Part shown: piece after piece, positions 62,141-64,000 of the stretch
Position numbering within the stretch: position 1 is the first letter of the stretch
How the letters are laid out: every line of letters begins with the position of its first letter
NCBI RefSeq assembly: GCF_009914755.1
Contig: NC_060937.1
Direction: 5' to 3' (one strand)
DNA from: the human T2T-CHM13v2.0 reference genome, Homo sapiens
Length of the DNA stretch: 64,000 nucleotides
The notes under the pieces: generated by a model
What the model was told of the DNA's origin: nothing
The model's database searches: none
What the model saw: the letters and a program-made list of their open reading frames with translations, nothing else
Program-made: the position numbers and the translations under genes

Positions 62141-62419
62141 CAGTAGTTGCTACTTTTTTGTGATACTGGACTTTGTAACTGTATTATTGAATTATTATAT
62201 GTATATATGTGTGTGCATATGTGTTTTATACATAATATATACATATATGTGTGTTTTATATATAAATGTATATAATATGTATATTTATATATATATATCC
62301 TATATCACAGATAAACTAAATTAATACTTGTTGAAACACACAATGTTCTCTATGGAAAAATATTACTGTACAATGACTACTATAGAAAAGTATCTATCTA
62401 TCTATCTGTCTAGTAGACA

Positions 62420-62901
62420 CCACCCCACCCCAAAGATATTTTTTATCTAAGCCTTGGAATTCGTGAATATGTTAGGCTACATGGAAAAGGGGAATTAAGA
62501 TTGGATTGAATTAAGGTTGCTAATTCATTGACCTTAAAATAGGGAGATAGACCAGGTTATCCAGGTGGGCCCAGTGAAATCACAAGAGTCTGTATAAATA
62601 GAGAGACAGTGTCAGAGTGACGTGATGTTAAGAAAAACTCGACCTTCCATTGCTGGCTGAGAAGATGTAAGGGGGCCAAAACCCAAGAAATATAGGTGGA
62701 CTCTAAAAGTTAGAAAAGGTGAGAAATTGAATCACTTTCCAAAGCTTCCAGAAAGGAATACCACTCTGCCAACCCAGTGATTATAGCTCAATGAAACCTA
62801 TTTTGAACTTCTAACCAAGAGAATTGTAAAATAATAAATCATGGTATTTTAAGCCACTAAGGTTGTAGTAATTTGTATAGCAGCAATAGGAAATAAATAC
62901 A
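62420..62901 (+). mobile_element. MLT1D-like MaLR LTR
   Basis: gtgaatatgttaggctacatggaaaaggggaattaag...ttatccaggtgggcccagtgaaatcacaag...ttttaagccactaagg...gcagcaataggaaataaataca. Confidence 0.88.
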
Positions 62902-64000
62902 TATATGAATATTATTTATGGAGTGTATGATGTAATAATATGTGTGTTACTATTGTAACAATTCAGTTATGGGACAATTATCCTCACTTAATTAATGAAG
63001 AGATGTAGATATAAACTTTAAAAATAATACAGCCATACTTTAAATTAAGATTGTTTCAATCCAATCCCAGGATTTCAACAACACATTAAAATTCTTATAT
63101 TATTTATTCATATATTGGTTATTTTCTTTATTGTAATACTAAGCTATTTAATGTTTCATATTTTAAAATGTTATTTCAAATATGCCATTAAAATTATCTA
63201 ATATCTTTCAAAAGAAATAATTTCTAAATTTAAAGATGTAGCTTTCAAGCAACTAATGGCCACCTGAAATTATATTAACTTAGTATTATTTATCCAGGAA
63301 CTATTTTTTTAATAGTTCATGTGTAACATGACATGATTATCACAATTGTTTGATTTTGGCTGATATAGTGTAATTGATATGTGCTGAAACAAAATTATGT
63401 TTTCTTGATTCTATAGTAAAAATAATCTCCAGATCATATTTTCATTATCTCAATGAAATTTTCAAAAATTGATGGGATTTTGTCCATAACATTTTGAGAA
63501 TGTCAAAGAAAATACATAAGAAAAATAAAAATATACAGAAGCATTTTAATAAAAGATTGTTTTAATATGATTTTATTTTACATAATAAACATTATGTTAA
63601 ATCCAAAGTATGCTATAATTGAGAACTGACAATGTTTATTCTGCTTCATCATCAATTTAAGAACATATAGATATACCCACTTTAGGCATTATTATAAAAT
63701 TATATATCATGTTCTTCATAGAAAAAGTTTCACATATATAATGCTGATTTTGTTGTCAGATGTACAAAGCACTTGGGTACAATGCAGGTGACTAATAAGC
63801 TAAAATTTTTAGAGAGTCCTACTTATTTTAACATAGATCAACATTAACATATTTGCAGATTTTTGGGGGACATTACATTTGTTTAGACAGCAGTAGACTA
63901 CTCAGGGTTGAGTTCAAAATGAAAGCTTAACAAATGAGACTATTTTTGGGAAACTGAACGTTGGGTCCTAAGTTGGAAAGAAAGTGACTGATGTAACTAA

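Overview
AT-rich primate (human-like) genomic DNA with no supportable protein-coding gene. It reads as intergenic or deep-intronic sequence made mostly of transposable-element fossils: Alu (J, S, Y, FLAM), old L1M elements, L2, MIR, MaLR LTR elements (MSTA and THE1D proviral forms, MLT1 solo LTRs), ERV1/ERVL solo LTRs, hAT DNA-transposon MITEs and microsatellites. The supplied ORFs are almost all chance or TE-derived. The most anomalous signal is a 100-bp, 73% GC, 13-CpG fragment (29250-29349) inserted into an otherwise contiguous old MLT2 LTR. It has no poly(A) tail, but has fold-back and microhomology-like junctions, as expected for a recently captured templated insertion from a CpG-island-like donor. 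Other points of interest are a twin-primed (5'-inverted) old L1 split by an MSTA provirus, a ~10-kb L1MB with several nested younger insertions, a candidate 66-nt frame-preserving exon, a CpG-rich Z-DNA/palindrome tract and a small patchwork templated insertion. Repeat subfamily names come from recalled consensus sequences, not from a database search, and boundaries of the oldest elements are approximate.
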